Positions 10,476 through 22,026 of a DNA stretch of 32,000 nt are shown in pieces. How positions within the stretch are numbered: position 1 is the stretch's first letter; the number at the start of each line of letters is the position of its first letter. The stretch comes from Wolbachia endosymbiont of Dirofilaria (Dirofilaria) immitis (lineage in GTDB: Bacteria > Pseudomonadota > Alphaproteobacteria > Rickettsiales > Anaplasmataceae), in the NCBI RefSeq assembly GCF_013365455.1, contig NZ_CP046578.1:330001-362000 (forward strand). The letters run 5' to 3'. Below the pieces are notes generated by a model that was given only the letters and a program-made list of their open reading frames with translations, was not told the DNA's origin and made no database searches. A program made the translations under genes and the position numbers.

Positions 10476-10552
10476 TGGTGCTGACATTAGCCGCTATAAC
10501 TTCAGCTCGCACCTTAAAAGGTGCGAAGTAGGAAGCTATTATGCCTAAGCCA
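10476..10552. other. Extended imperfect hairpin; candidate structured small RNA, strand unresolved
   Basis: Six stacked helices give 24 bp in total:
- TGGT(10476-79)/GCCA(10549-52)
- TTAG(10487-90)/CTAA(10545-48)
- GC(10493-94)/GC(10543-44)
- ATAA(10496-99)/TTAT(10539-42)
- AGCT(10504-07)/AGCT(10534-37)
- CGCACC(10508-13)/GGTGCG(10520-25), with loop TTAAAA
The segment is visibly more GC-rich than the flanking spacer. On the + strand a second small hairpin (AGCCA 10548-52 / TGGCT 10562-66) and a T7 run (10584-10590) follow. Confidence 0.3.
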
Positions 10553-10596
10553 CATATTATTTGGCTAATAAGAAATTTGCAAGTTTTTTTAATTAA

Positions 10597-11340
10597 CTAT
10601 GGAAAAAATTTATTTGCATAAAAGTTTTTCATAATATTTAATGTATCATAATCTGTAAGATCTAATTTTATTGGTGTGATAGTAATAAAACCCTCTTTAA
10701 TTTTGCCTACACTGCCACTACCTGAATGCTCTCTAGACCAACCTAAACTTAAAGAACCGTCTGAATTTTCAGTGAAAGTGAAATCTCCATCAATGTTATA
10801 CTCACCTTGTTCGGCAAATTCTACTCCTTTCACTTTTTCTGTTGCAGGGAAATTTATACTCATTGCTATATTTTTAGGCCAGCCAACCTCGACTAATTTA
10901 GCGGTGACTTTTGGTGCAAAAACCTTTGTATTATGCCAGTTTATTCTATTGTGATATACTTGACTTAATGCAATAGAAGGTATAGATCTTGCAGCACTTT
11001 CCATTACGGCGCCAATTGTTCCTGAATAACAGACATCGTCTCCAACGTTTGATCCAATATTTACTCCAGACAATACTAAATCTGGCTTTTTATCCATGAT
11101 CTTATTCAGTGCAATGATAACACAATCTGCAGGGGTACCAGATATACTAAACTCTTTTTCACCATGTCGATTTACTCTAATAGATTGCCTTATTGGGTAA
11201 TCAAGGGACCTTGCTGCTCCACTTCTATCAGTATCTGGTGCCACTACCCATATTTCTGATGCAAAGTTTTGTGCAACCTCTTTGAGTAATTTTATTCCTT
11301 CACTTTCAAAACCATCATCATTTGTTATTAATATTATCAT
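10597..11340 (-). CDS. surE: 5'/3'-nucleotidase SurE
   Basis: 247 aa. The N-terminal MIILITNDDGFESEGIKLL contains the SurE NDDG motif, and GTPADCV and SGVNIGSNVG are also present. Confidence 0.95.
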   Translation of the reverse strand: MIILITNDDGFESEGIKLLKEVAQNFASEIWVVAPDTDRSGAARSLDYPIRQSIRVNRHGEKEFSISGTPADCVIIALNKIMDKKPDLVLSGVNIGSNVGDDVCYSGTIGAVMESAARSIPSIALSQVYHNRINWHNTKVFAPKVTAKLVEVGWPKNIAMSINFPATEKVKGVEFAEQGEYNIDGDFTFTENSDGSLSLGWSREHSGSGSVGKIKEGFITITPIKLDLTDYDTLNIMKNFYANKFFP

Positions 11341-11535
11341 ATAAGATGTTATATAGCTCCAAAGCTATGATAAGTAATTCTGATTATTGGTTGCAAATAA
11401 ATCTATTGTTCTTATCTACTTTTATTATTTGTGGTTTTTCTTGATTTTCTAGTACTTTACTTCTACTATGTGTTAAATTCATGTAAATTTACAGCTTAAT
11501 GAGGAAATTAATATGGCTCTATGTTTGTACGCTAG

Positions 11536-13611
<2,076 letters not shown>

Positions 13612-13632
13612 GTAACAATTGTCTAAGTTCTT

Positions 13633-13672
13633 TTAGGTACGTATAGGTACTGCTTATATCTCTTTATATCTC
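13633..13672. repeat. Four 10-bp-phased direct repeats (2 imperfect and 2 perfect) abutting a TTGACA hexamer
   Basis: taggtacgta(13633) taggtactgc(13643) ttatatctct(13653) ttatatctct(13663), followed directly by TTGACA at 13672-13677. The array lies between the ligA stop (13611) and the first folate-cluster gene. Confidence 0.6.
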
Positions 13673-13729
13673 TTGACATTAATAGATTTATGGATAAACT
13701 AGAATAGTTTTGTATTGACCAAAGGAGTT

Positions 13730-14392
13730 ATGGTAATGTTTGTTCAATTACTTGATAGAGAGTTAGATGGTTTGCATTTACTAAAGCATCAATTTTACCG
13801 ATTATGGAATGAAGGGAAATTGAGTTTTAAAGCTCTACAAGTTTATGCTAAAGAGTATTATCATCATGTTGCTGCATTTCCTCGTTATATTAGCAGTATA
13901 CACTCTTTGTGTCATAATCTGAAAATGCGGCAGGTTTTACTTAATAATTTAATAGAAGAGGAGCAAGGTGATGAAAATCACCCAGAACTATGGCAACGTT
14001 TTGCTGAAGGGCTTGGTGTTACGCGTTCTGATTTTCATGAGAATCCACAGGTTAAGAAAACACAAGAGTTAGTTGATGGTTACTTTAATATTGTACGATC
14101 AGACTTTGCAATGGGTCTTGGTGCTCTTTATGCTTATGAACGTCAAACTCCAGAGGTTTCTAAATCTAAAATTGAAGGTCTGAAAAAGCATTACTTAATA
14201 AGTGATAAGCGTTCTCTCCAATTTTTCACTGTTCATATAGACGCTGATAAATGGCACACTGAAGAGTGCGCAAACCTTATTGTAGATTTAAACAAGAAAG
14301 AACAAGAAAAGGTTATACAAGGTGCTAAAAGGGGAGCCAGGCTTCTATGGGGTTTTCTTGATGGAATGATAAACGCATATGTATCTTGTTGA
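13730..14392 (+). CDS. CADD / PqqC-like heme-oxygenase-fold di-metal oxidase; candidate non-canonical p-aminobenzoate synthase
   Basis: The ORF track opens at TTG 13715. ATGs lie at 13730 and 13736, and AGGAG at 13723-27 favours 13736. The protein shows a carboxylate/histidine ligand pattern: NLIEEEQGDENHPELW (E-x6-H), YAYERQ, and HIDADKWH (H-x3-D-x2-H), as in the TenA/PqqC/CADD fold. It sits immediately upstream of folB-folKP-folA. Confidence 0.8.
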   Translation: MVMFVQLLDRELDGLHLLKHQFYRLWNEGKLSFKALQVYAKEYYHHVAAFPRYISSIHSLCHNLKMRQVLLNNLIEEEQGDENHPELWQRFAEGLGVTRSDFHENPQVKKTQELVDGYFNIVRSDFAMGLGALYAYERQTPEVSKSKIEGLKKHYLISDKRSLQFFTVHIDADKWHTEECANLIVDLNKKEQEKVIQGAKRGARLLWGFLDGMINAYVSC

Positions 14393-14495
14393 GAGATGAT
14401 CTCTAATAAGAGGAGAAAATTTCTCTTGAGTAGCTTAGTGGACTTTAGAGATATGTAGTAGGGGATAGCAAAGTGTATAAAGATGGAGATAAAGT

Positions 14496-14897
14496 ATGAA
14501 ACCTTTATGTAATCTTTTTATCCAGGATTTACGGCTTTGGATTCATTTAGGGTGTGGTATAGAAGAGAAGTTTAACCTTCAATTAGTGAGTATTAGTATT
14601 GATTTTATTTTTAAATCTCCTCCCTTAGGGTTTATCACTGATCAGCTTGGAGATACTATCTGCTATCTAGAAGTAGTACAGAATATTAAGTCTCTTGTTC
14701 AAAATAAGCAATTCAATTTAATCGAGCATTTTAATCATGATATATGTGTTACTGTTAGTAACCTTGTGATGCAGAAAAAGCATATTATTTCTTCTATAAA
14801 AGTAGTTACTCACAAAGTTGTACCACCTGTTCCTGATGTACATGGGGGTGTTGTTTTTACTTACTGCTATACGCTACAAAAGCAGGAAAATAACTGA
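14496..14897 (+). CDS. folB: Dihydroneopterin aldolase family protein (FolB/FolX-like)
   Basis: 133 aa. The pattern IQDLRLWIHLGCGIEEKFNLQLVSISIDF...DTICYLEVV...FNLIEHF...IKVVTHKVVPPVP fits the FolB tunnel-fold consensus. Its stop overlaps the folKP start (TGATG). Confidence 0.8.
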   Translation: MKPLCNLFIQDLRLWIHLGCGIEEKFNLQLVSISIDFIFKSPPLGFITDQLGDTICYLEVVQNIKSLVQNKQFNLIEHFNHDICVTVSNLVMQKKHIISSIKVVTHKVVPPVPDVHGGVVFTYCYTLQKQENN

Positions 14898-16195
14898 TGG
14901 TTTATATTTCTATTGGTTCAAATTTGAGAAATCGCTTTTCTAATTTACAAAAGGCTACTCAGTTACTAAAGAAGTCCTATTTTAAGGATTTAAAATCTTC
15001 AATTATTCTAGAAACTCAGGCTATTTTACCAAATGGTGCTCCGACTGAGTGGGATAAACCATTCCTCAATATGGTTGTATATGGAAGGTGTCTTGTTTCT
15101 CCTGAAGAGTTATTGAGAGGCCTCAACCAAATTGAGTGTGATATTGGTCGTCCACAAGTCCTTGAAAAATGGGAACCTCGTATTATTGATTTAGATATTT
15201 TATTATGGGATGATCTAGTGCTCGATACACCACATCTTACTATTCCTCACCCGGAATTGATGAATAGGCCATTTCTTCTTCACTTAATGGCAATGCTGAG
15301 TCCTATGGATAATATTCCAGTAGTTAACAAAACGTTTAATGCTGTTGCTTATAGTAACCCTAACATTAAGGATTGCTTTTTAAGGAGCTTTACGCTTTCA
15401 CCAAAGCTTGTAGGAATTGTTAATGTTACTCCTGATTCATTTTCAGATGGTGGCCTTTATTGTGATTCAGATCAGGCGACTAAACAGGTGCTAAAACTAG
15501 TATCAGATGGTGCAAGTATAGTTGATCTTGGTGCTCAATCAACTAGGCCTGGATCTTCTATACAGCCTTCGAAGGTAGAATATGCACGCTTAAAGCCAGT
15601 ACTTGATAATCTCAGTCATTATATAAAAGTTAATGATATTAAGATTAGCATTGATAGTTTCTGGCCGGATGTTATTTTAAATGTTTTAGAACGCTATAAC
15701 GTTGCTTGGATAAATGATGTGAAAGGAAATTTAGACGATAATACCTTAAAAACAATTGCAAGTAGTGGATGTAGTGTTGTTATTATGCATTCACTCTCTG
15801 TGCCCCCACACGGGGATAATATTATTCCAAGTGACACTAACCCAATTAATATCATAAATCGGTGGGCAGAAAAGAACATTAACAAGCTACTTGCCTTTGG
15901 TTTTGATGAAAATTCAATAATTATTGATCCTGGTGTTGGTTTTGGTAAATCTCTATATCATAATATCTGGATTTTACAGAATATAGAAGCATTGCAAAAT
16001 TTTGGCTGCAAAATCCTGGTTGGTCATTCCAGGAAGTCATTTATTTCTTCTTTTTCTACAGAGCTCGTCTTTGATCGAGATTTAGAAACAATCTCTATGT
16101 CGTCTGTATTATGCGACAAAGTTGATTTCCTTCGAGTACATAATGTACATGATCACATGCGGTTCTTTGTGGCTCAGGCTGTCTTACAAAGATGA
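14897..16195 (+). CDS. folKP: Bifunctional HPPK (FolK) / dihydropteroate synthase (FolP) fusion
   Basis: 432 aa. The N-terminal HPPK part reads MVYISIGSNL...RIIDLDILLWDD...IPHPEL. The C-terminal DHPS part reads GIVNVTPDSFSDGG...DLGAQSTRPG...DPGVGFGK...VGHSRK. Confidence 0.92.
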   Translation: MVYISIGSNLRNRFSNLQKATQLLKKSYFKDLKSSIILETQAILPNGAPTEWDKPFLNMVVYGRCLVSPEELLRGLNQIECDIGRPQVLEKWEPRIIDLDILLWDDLVLDTPHLTIPHPELMNRPFLLHLMAMLSPMDNIPVVNKTFNAVAYSNPNIKDCFLRSFTLSPKLVGIVNVTPDSFSDGGLYCDSDQATKQVLKLVSDGASIVDLGAQSTRPGSSIQPSKVEYARLKPVLDNLSHYIKVNDIKISIDSFWPDVILNVLERYNVAWINDVKGNLDDNTLKTIASSGCSVVIMHSLSVPPHGDNIIPSDTNPINIINRWAEKNINKLLAFGFDENSIIIDPGVGFGKSLYHNIWILQNIEALQNFGCKILVGHSRKSFISSFSTELVFDRDLETISMSSVLCDKVDFLRVHNVHDHMRFFVAQAVLQR

Positions 16196-16671
16196 TAGTT
16201 ATCGGGGTTATGGCTGTTGATCCAAATGGAGTGATTGGAGTGAATAATAGATTACCATGGCATTATCTAAGTGAGTTAGAGCACTTTCGTCAGGTAACTG
16301 ACAAGCAGATCGTTGTTATGGGCAGGAAAACATTTGAAACAATACCTCAAGGTGTATTAAAAGATCGTACTCCCATTATTTTTTCTCACAATAAGTTAAG
16401 TTCTTGTTTTAATAGAAATATAGAATGTACAGTTGTTTCTTCTATAGAAGAATTTCTGTCAATTCAAAGTGGTTCTAAAATCTATATGATTGGTGGAGCA
16501 CAGATAGCATATCTTTTTTTAAGGCATAATCTAATCTCAGAGTTTATCATAACAAGAATTCACAAGCTTTATAAAGGTGATGTATATTTCAACTTAATGC
16601 TTCTTAATGGATGGAATGAAACTATCCTCACAAAAACGCAAGATTATACTATATGTAGAGTAATACGTTAA
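16192..16671 (+). CDS. folA: Dihydrofolate reductase
   Basis: 159 aa. Contains VIGVNNRLPWHYLSELEHFRQVTDKQIVVMGRKTFETIP and IYMIGGAQIA. Its start overlaps the folKP stop by 4 nt (ATGA). Confidence 0.87.
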   Translation: MIVIGVMAVDPNGVIGVNNRLPWHYLSELEHFRQVTDKQIVVMGRKTFETIPQGVLKDRTPIIFSHNKLSSCFNRNIECTVVSSIEEFLSIQSGSKIYMIGGAQIAYLFLRHNLISEFIITRIHKLYKGDVYFNLMLLNGWNETILTKTQDYTICRVIR

Positions 16672-16673
16672 AT

Positions 16674-17414
16674 ATGCATGTTGAAGCGATTTGTACCCAC
16701 CTGATTCAACACGGTGAGGCATTAGAGAAAATTCTTGATTGCTATATTTCGAAGTTATTGGAAGAAAAGGTTGTACTTGCTATTGCATCAAAAATCGTTT
16801 CCATTTGCCAAGGACGAGTAATCTGCAAAACTGCTTGTTCTAAAGAAGAGCTAATCAGAAAGGAAGCTGATGCAATTGCTGATATAGGTTACCAGCTTGG
16901 GGTTTACTTAACAATCAAAGATGATACCTTAATTCCGTCTGCTGGTATTGATGAATCAAATGGTGATGGAATGTATATTCTATATCCAAAAGATGTTCAG
17001 AAAACTGCTGCGTCATTATGGAGCTACCTTAGAGCAAAACACTGTATAAAACATCTTGGTATTTTAATTACAGATAGTAATATAGCGCCTATGCGCCTTG
17101 GGGTTACAGGGATTTCTCTTGGTTGGTGTGGATTTGAACCACATTATTCTTATATAGGCAAGCCAGATCTTTATAACAAGCTACTCCAGGTAACACAGGT
17201 CAATCTTCTTGATGCTCTAGCAACTTCTGCTGTTTTAGTTATGGGAGAAGGTGCAGAGCGAACACCGCTAGCGCTAATTAAGAATGTGCCAAGAGCTCGC
17301 TTTGTTACCCGCCTGCCAACTATAGAAGAGGAGAAAAATGTTAAGATATCAATACAAAAAGACCTTTATTCTCCTCTCTTCATGAGAGTTAAGTGGTTAA
17401 AGAATGGAGAATAA
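16674..17414 (+). CDS. CofE-like (COG1478, F420-0:gamma-glutamyl ligase family) protein; candidate alternative folylpolyglutamate synthase (FolC2-type)
   Basis: 246 aa. IASKIVSICQGRV and SAGIDESNG match the CofE-family motifs (SKxxSxxEGR-like and GIDxSN). It starts 2 nt after the folA stop. Confidence 0.75.
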   Translation: MHVEAICTHLIQHGEALEKILDCYISKLLEEKVVLAIASKIVSICQGRVICKTACSKEELIRKEADAIADIGYQLGVYLTIKDDTLIPSAGIDESNGDGMYILYPKDVQKTAASLWSYLRAKHCIKHLGILITDSNIAPMRLGVTGISLGWCGFEPHYSYIGKPDLYNKLLQVTQVNLLDALATSAVLVMGEGAERTPLALIKNVPRARFVTRLPTIEEEKNVKISIQKDLYSPLFMRVKWLKNGE

Positions 17415-17468
17415 TTTAAAAAAAATTTATGAAACTTAGGGCAATATAGCTTGACTTTATCTTTTATA

Positions 17469-19403
17469 TCATATTTTATTAAGTCTTTTGATAATATTCC
17501 TTATTTTTGCTGCCTCTTCAAACTCTAGATTCTCAGCATGTTTTAGCATCTGCTTCTTTAAGTTTCTTAGATCGATGTTACTAATATTGATACCTTCCTC
17601 AGCTGCTATTTTGTTTTGTAAGGTATTGGATATAGTTTTTGTTATAGTTTTTGGTGTAATATTGTGTAGAGTATTATATTTCTGTTGTTTCTTTCTTCTT
17701 CTTTCAGTTTCCCTTAATGCGCGGTTCAAGGAGCCAGTTATTTTATCTGCATATAAAATTGCCCTACCTTCAGCATTGCGTGCAGCACGCCCTATCGTTT
17801 GAATGAATGAAGTTTCTGACCGTAAAAATCCTTCTTTATCAGCATCCAAAATTGCAACTAAGCCACACTCCGGAATATCAAGACCTTCACGTAGCAAGTT
17901 AACGCCAACTAGTACATCTATTTCTTTTGACCTTAATTTATGTATAATGTCAATTCTTTCCAATGCGCCGATATCTGAGTGTAAGTAACTTACCTTTATA
18001 TTTAGCTCACTCATGTGGTCAGCTAACTTTTCAGCCATTTTTTTTGTTAATGTAGTAATTAAAACACAAAATCCATTATTTATTGTCAGTTGTGCCTCAT
18101 GAATTACATTATCAACCTGGTTTTCTGTTGATTTTATGATACAAATTGGGTCTGTAAGCCCTGTTGGACGGATAACTTGTTCTATAAATACATTATTGGT
18201 TTTTCCTAACTCATATTTTCCAGGGGTAGCTGAAATGTAAATAGTCTGCGGCCGTACTGCTTCCCACTCTTCGAATGTTAGTGGACGATTATCAAAAGCA
18301 GAAGGGAGTCTAAAGCCGTAATCAACTAATTTTTTTTTACGTGCCTCATTACCGCTGTACATTGCACCAATTTGAGGAACGGTAACATGACTTTCATCAA
18401 CGAATAAAATTACACCTTTAGGTAAATATTCAAACAAAGTAGGTGGTGGATATCCAGCTTCTATTCCATAGAGATAACGTGAATAATTTTCAATACCTTT
18501 ACATGTTCCAGTTGTTACCATCATTTCGATATCAAAATTAGTACGCTGCTCAAGACGTTTTGCTTCAACAAGTTTATTTTGTGAGTAGTAATAATCCAGG
18601 CGTTCATGCAGTTCTTCTTTAATCAGCTTAACTGACTTTAATAGAGTCTCACGTGGTGTGATGTGATAGCTGTTTGGAAAAACGGTGATTTTGTCTACAT
18701 GTTTAATAATATTACCAGTTATGGCATCAATTTCAGAGATTTTTTCTATTTTATTGCCAAGTAGTGATAAACGCCAAGCTTTGTTTTCATAACAAGCAGG
18801 GAAAATATCAATAATATCTCCACGCACTCTGAAATATCCTCGTGCAAATCTGATATCAGAGCGTTTATATTGAAGATCAGCTAGGTTACTCAGGAAATCA
18901 TTAACACAAATTTTATCTCCGACACTTAAGAATATAGTCATATTCATGTAGCTTTTAGGCGAACTAAGACCATATATGCAGGAAACGCTGGCGACTATGA
19001 TTGTGTCCCTGCGCTCCAAAAGAGAACAGATAGCAGAATAACGTAGCATATCAATTCTTTCGTTGATTGTAGAGTCCTTTTCAATATAAGTGTCAGTTTG
19101 CGGTGAATAAGCCTCAGGCTGATAATAATCATAGTAGGAAATGAAGTATTCAACAGCATTATAGGGAAAAAATCCCCTCATTTCTTCATAAAGTTGTGCT
19201 GCTAAAGTTTTATTGTGTGCCATAATTAATGCAGGCCTATTTGTTCTTGCAATAACATTTGCCATGGTGAAAGTTTTTCCAGAGCCAGTAACTCCAAGCA
19301 AAACTTGGTCTCTTTTGTTATTGTTTAATCCTGCAACTAAACTGTCAATTGCCTGTGGTTGATCTCCAGCTGGTTTGAAATGTGTAACAATTTGAAATTC
19401 CAT
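17469..19403 (-). CDS. uvrB: Excinuclease ABC subunit B
   Basis: 644 aa. Has Walker [10 protein letters not shown], a DESH box (FVDESHVT), helicase motifs, and a C-terminal UVR domain ([16 protein letters not shown]). Confidence 0.97.
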   Translation of the reverse strand: MEFQIVTHFKPAGDQPQAIDSLVAGLNNNKRDQVLLGVTGSGKTFTMANVIARTNRPALIMAHNKTLAAQLYEEMRGFFPYNAVEYFISYYDYYQPEAYSPQTDTYIEKDSTINERIDMLRYSAICSLLERRDTIIVASVSCIYGLSSPKSYMNMTIFLSVGDKICVNDFLSNLADLQYKRSDIRFARGYFRVRGDIIDIFPACYENKAWRLSLLGNKIEKISEIDAITGNIIKHVDKITVFPNSYHITPRETLLKSVKLIKEELHERLDYYYSQNKLVEAKRLEQRTNFDIEMMVTTGTCKGIENYSRYLYGIEAGYPPPTLFEYLPKGVILFVDESHVTVPQIGAMYSGNEARKKKLVDYGFRLPSAFDNRPLTFEEWEAVRPQTIYISATPGKYELGKTNNVFIEQVIRPTGLTDPICIIKSTENQVDNVIHEAQLTINNGFCVLITTLTKKMAEKLADHMSELNIKVSYLHSDIGALERIDIIHKLRSKEIDVLVGVNLLREGLDIPECGLVAILDADKEGFLRSETSFIQTIGRAARNAEGRAILYADKITGSLNRALRETERRRKKQQKYNTLHNITPKTITKTISNTLQNKIAAEEGINISNIDLRNLKKQMLKHAENLEFEEAAKIRNIIKRLNKI

Positions 19404-19483
19404 AACCCTTGTGATTTTATATACTTTATTATTAATACACTTATTATTATAAATAAAGTATAAAAGTGAGTGCCTAAGAAGGT

Positions 19484-20248
19484 CTATTTTTTATTTTTAT
19501 AAAGTTTACTCCAAATCCTATTGTTGGTTAATATAAAAAGTATTGTCAAGATTATAAAATACGCCACTACTTTAAATCCAAGTTTGTGCCTGTATTCCAA
19601 TTCTGGCTCTGCTGCCCATTGTAAAAAATTTACTACGTCATATGCCATATTTTCAACTGTAGCTTGTCTTGCATCATCATATTTTACAATTCCTTCGGAG
19701 AGCGGTGGTGCCATAGCTAATTTGCCTGTTGGAAAGTATGGATTAAAATATAAATTGTTTTCGTCGTGCTCACCGTTTTGATAGCCGGTTAAAAGTGAAT
19801 AGACATAATTTGCACCGCCGTGCCTTGCTTTAACAATTAGTGATAAATCAGGTGGAACTGCACCATTGTTGCTTGCTGCAGCTGCTTCTTTTGTATTAAA
19901 AGGTGCAATAAAGTAATCTGAAGGTATTCCAGGTCTGTAGAACATTTCTCCTAGATCATTTGGACCATCTTTAACTTGGTAAGAAGCTGCAATCTGTTTT
20001 ACGTCTTCTTCAGAAAAACCGGCATCTTGCAAGTTACGGAATGCTACTCTATTCATTGAATGGCAAGCAGCACAAACTTCTTTATATACTTTATAACCAC
20101 GCTGAATTGACTCTCTGTCAAAGGACCCAGTAATTCCATTAAAACTCCAGTTCATTTTCTTATTGGTTGATGGTTTGAATTCTTCTGCACATGCAAGGTT
20201 AGCAAGAGACAATACACAAAACACAGCAAACATATTTTTCACTAGCAT
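19484..20248 (-). CDS. petC: Cytochrome c1 (bc1 complex)
   Basis: 254 aa. Has a signal peptide ([21 protein letters not shown]), the heme-binding site CAACHS, and a C-terminal TM anchor. Its start overlaps the petB stop by 1 nt (TAATG). Confidence 0.93.
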   Translation of the reverse strand: MLVKNMFAVFCVLSLANLACAEEFKPSTNKKMNWSFNGITGSFDRESIQRGYKVYKEVCAACHSMNRVAFRNLQDAGFSEEDVKQIAASYQVKDGPNDLGEMFYRPGIPSDYFIAPFNTKEAAAASNNGAVPPDLSLIVKARHGGANYVYSLLTGYQNGEHDENNLYFNPYFPTGKLAMAPPLSEGIVKYDDARQATVENMAYDVVNFLQWAAEPELEYRHKLGFKVVAYFIILTILFILTNNRIWSKLYKNKK

Positions 20249-21480
20249 TATTTTGTCTCCAGAACGGAATCACTTATAGTTTTTGGTAGTTCTACTGGCT
20301 TTTCGTACTTACTAAGTAGTGGCAAAATTACTGTAAAGTATAAAAAATAGTAGAGAGTGGAAAGTCTACTTAGTGTGATATAAGGTTCTTTTACTTTCTG
20401 CCCCCCGAGCCAAGCAAGAAATGCAAAATTTACTGCGAAGACCCAAAAAAAAACTTTAAATAATGGACGGTAAGCACCACTTTTAACTTTTGCTTTATCA
20501 AGCCAAGGTAACAGGAACCATACTAAAATAGATCCAAACATGGTAAGCACACCAATAAATTTACTTGGAATTGAGCGTAACATTGCATAGAAAGGTAAAA
20601 AATACCATTCTGGTACTATATGCACTGGAGTAGCCATAGAATCAGCTTCTACATAATTGTCTGGATGCCCAAGATAATTAGGGGCATAGAAAACAAGCAC
20701 AAACAAAATTATGAAAAATAGACCAAAAGTTGTACAATCTTTGACTATGTAATAAGGATAGAGTGGGATGGTATCTTTATCTGATTTCACTTCTATTCCA
20801 CTTGGGTTACCAGAGCCAAACCTATGCAGGGCAATAATATGTAAGGTAGCTAAAGCGATAATAATGAAAGGCAGAAGATAATGTAGAGCAAAAAAACGAT
20901 TAAGTGTTGAGTTGTCAACAGAAAAACTGCCCCATAACCATATAACTATTTTATCACCAATTAAAGGTACAGCTGAAAATAAGTTAGTTATAACTGTCGC
21001 ACCCCAAAAACTCATTTGTCCCCAAGGAAGAACGTACCCCATAAAGGCCGTTGCCATCATTATAAAAAATATGAATATACCAATAAACCATACCATCTCT
21101 CGTGGCTTCTTATAAGATCCATAATATAATCCGCGCATTATGTGAATATATACCACCATGAAAAAGAGTGAAGCCCCAACAGCATGAGTGTAGCGTATTA
21201 ACCATCCATAGTTTACATCACGCATTATGTGCTCTACACTGTTAAATGCATGATCGACATGCGGAGTATAGTGCATAGCGAGAAATATACCTGTTATTAT
21301 TTGCAGAATTAGCGCTATGCCAGCTAAAGAACCAAAATTCCAAGCGTAATTTAGATTTTTTGGCACTTGGTAAGAAGCGATATGTTTTAAAAAAGAGAAT
21401 ACAGGTAACCTATATTCTATCCAATCTAATAAGCTTTTTTCTTCTTTTATTATTGTGTATTTTTTAGTATCATCTTGCAT
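20248..21480 (-). CDS. petB: Cytochrome b (bc1 complex)
   Basis: 410 aa and polytopic. Conserved segments include [36 protein letters not shown] and [10 protein letters not shown]. Confidence 0.96.
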   Translation of the reverse strand: MQDDTKKYTIIKEEKSLLDWIEYRLPVFSFLKHIASYQVPKNLNYAWNFGSLAGIALILQIITGIFLAMHYTPHVDHAFNSVEHIMRDVNYGWLIRYTHAVGASLFFMVVYIHIMRGLYYGSYKKPREMVWFIGIFIFFIMMATAFMGYVLPWGQMSFWGATVITNLFSAVPLIGDKIVIWLWGSFSVDNSTLNRFFALHYLLPFIIIALATLHIIALHRFGSGNPSGIEVKSDKDTIPLYPYYIVKDCTTFGLFFIILFVLVFYAPNYLGHPDNYVEADSMATPVHIVPEWYFLPFYAMLRSIPSKFIGVLTMFGSILVWFLLPWLDKAKVKSGAYRPLFKVFFWVFAVNFAFLAWLGGQKVKEPYITLSRLSTLYYFLYFTVILPLLSKYEKPVELPKTISDSVLETK

Positions 21481-21687
21481 AAAAGTTTTTTCTATCTCTA
21501 ATTTGCCTATTGTAGCAATTTATCTTCTGTAAACAATAAAAACTTTAAATTAGGAGATCAGACCTAACCGCATCAAAAATTGCAAGCAATTTTACTCTCT
21601 AGTACACGTATAAGTGTTACTTGAACAGTATCGTAGAAATACCGGTTAGCTATTTAGGTAATATCCTCTTCTTTCATAAATCATTCT

Positions 21688-22020
21688 TTATCTCGTAATG
21701 ATTTTTTTTTCTCTTAGTAGGCTTTGTAGCTCACCTTTTTCATACATTTCACGGGTGATATCACAACCACCTATAAACTCTCCCTTTATATACAATTGCG
21801 GAATCGTTGGCCAATCAGAAAACTCTTTTATAGTCTGACGTACTTGATTATTTTCTAGTACATTAATATATTTAAAGTTAACATTTAATCTTTTAAGAAT
21901 TGATACAACGAGCCCAGAGAACCCGCATTGAGGGAAATCAGAAGTACCTTTCATGTACAATACCACATCATTTTCCATTATATCTTTTTTTATTTGTTCA
22001 AAATTATTCATAAGTATCAC
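21688..22020 (-). CDS. grxD: Monothiol glutaredoxin (Grx4 family)
   Basis: 110 aa. Has the CGFS active site (PQCGFS), plus WPTIPQLYIKGEFIGGCD. Confidence 0.93.
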   Translation of the reverse strand: MILMNNFEQIKKDIMENDVVLYMKGTSDFPQCGFSGLVVSILKRLNVNFKYINVLENNQVRQTIKEFSDWPTIPQLYIKGEFIGGCDITREMYEKGELQSLLREKKIITR

Positions 22021-22026
22021 CTCAAT

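Noticed and set aside
10476-10552. Identification of the long hairpin as SRP (4.5S) RNA
   Set aside because: The rod shape, the 4/1 asymmetric loop and an AGGAAGC string are suggestive. However, the apical loop is UUAAAA on a perfect 6-bp stem rather than a GNRA tetraloop, and the symmetric-loop consensus is absent. It is kept only as an unassigned structured element.
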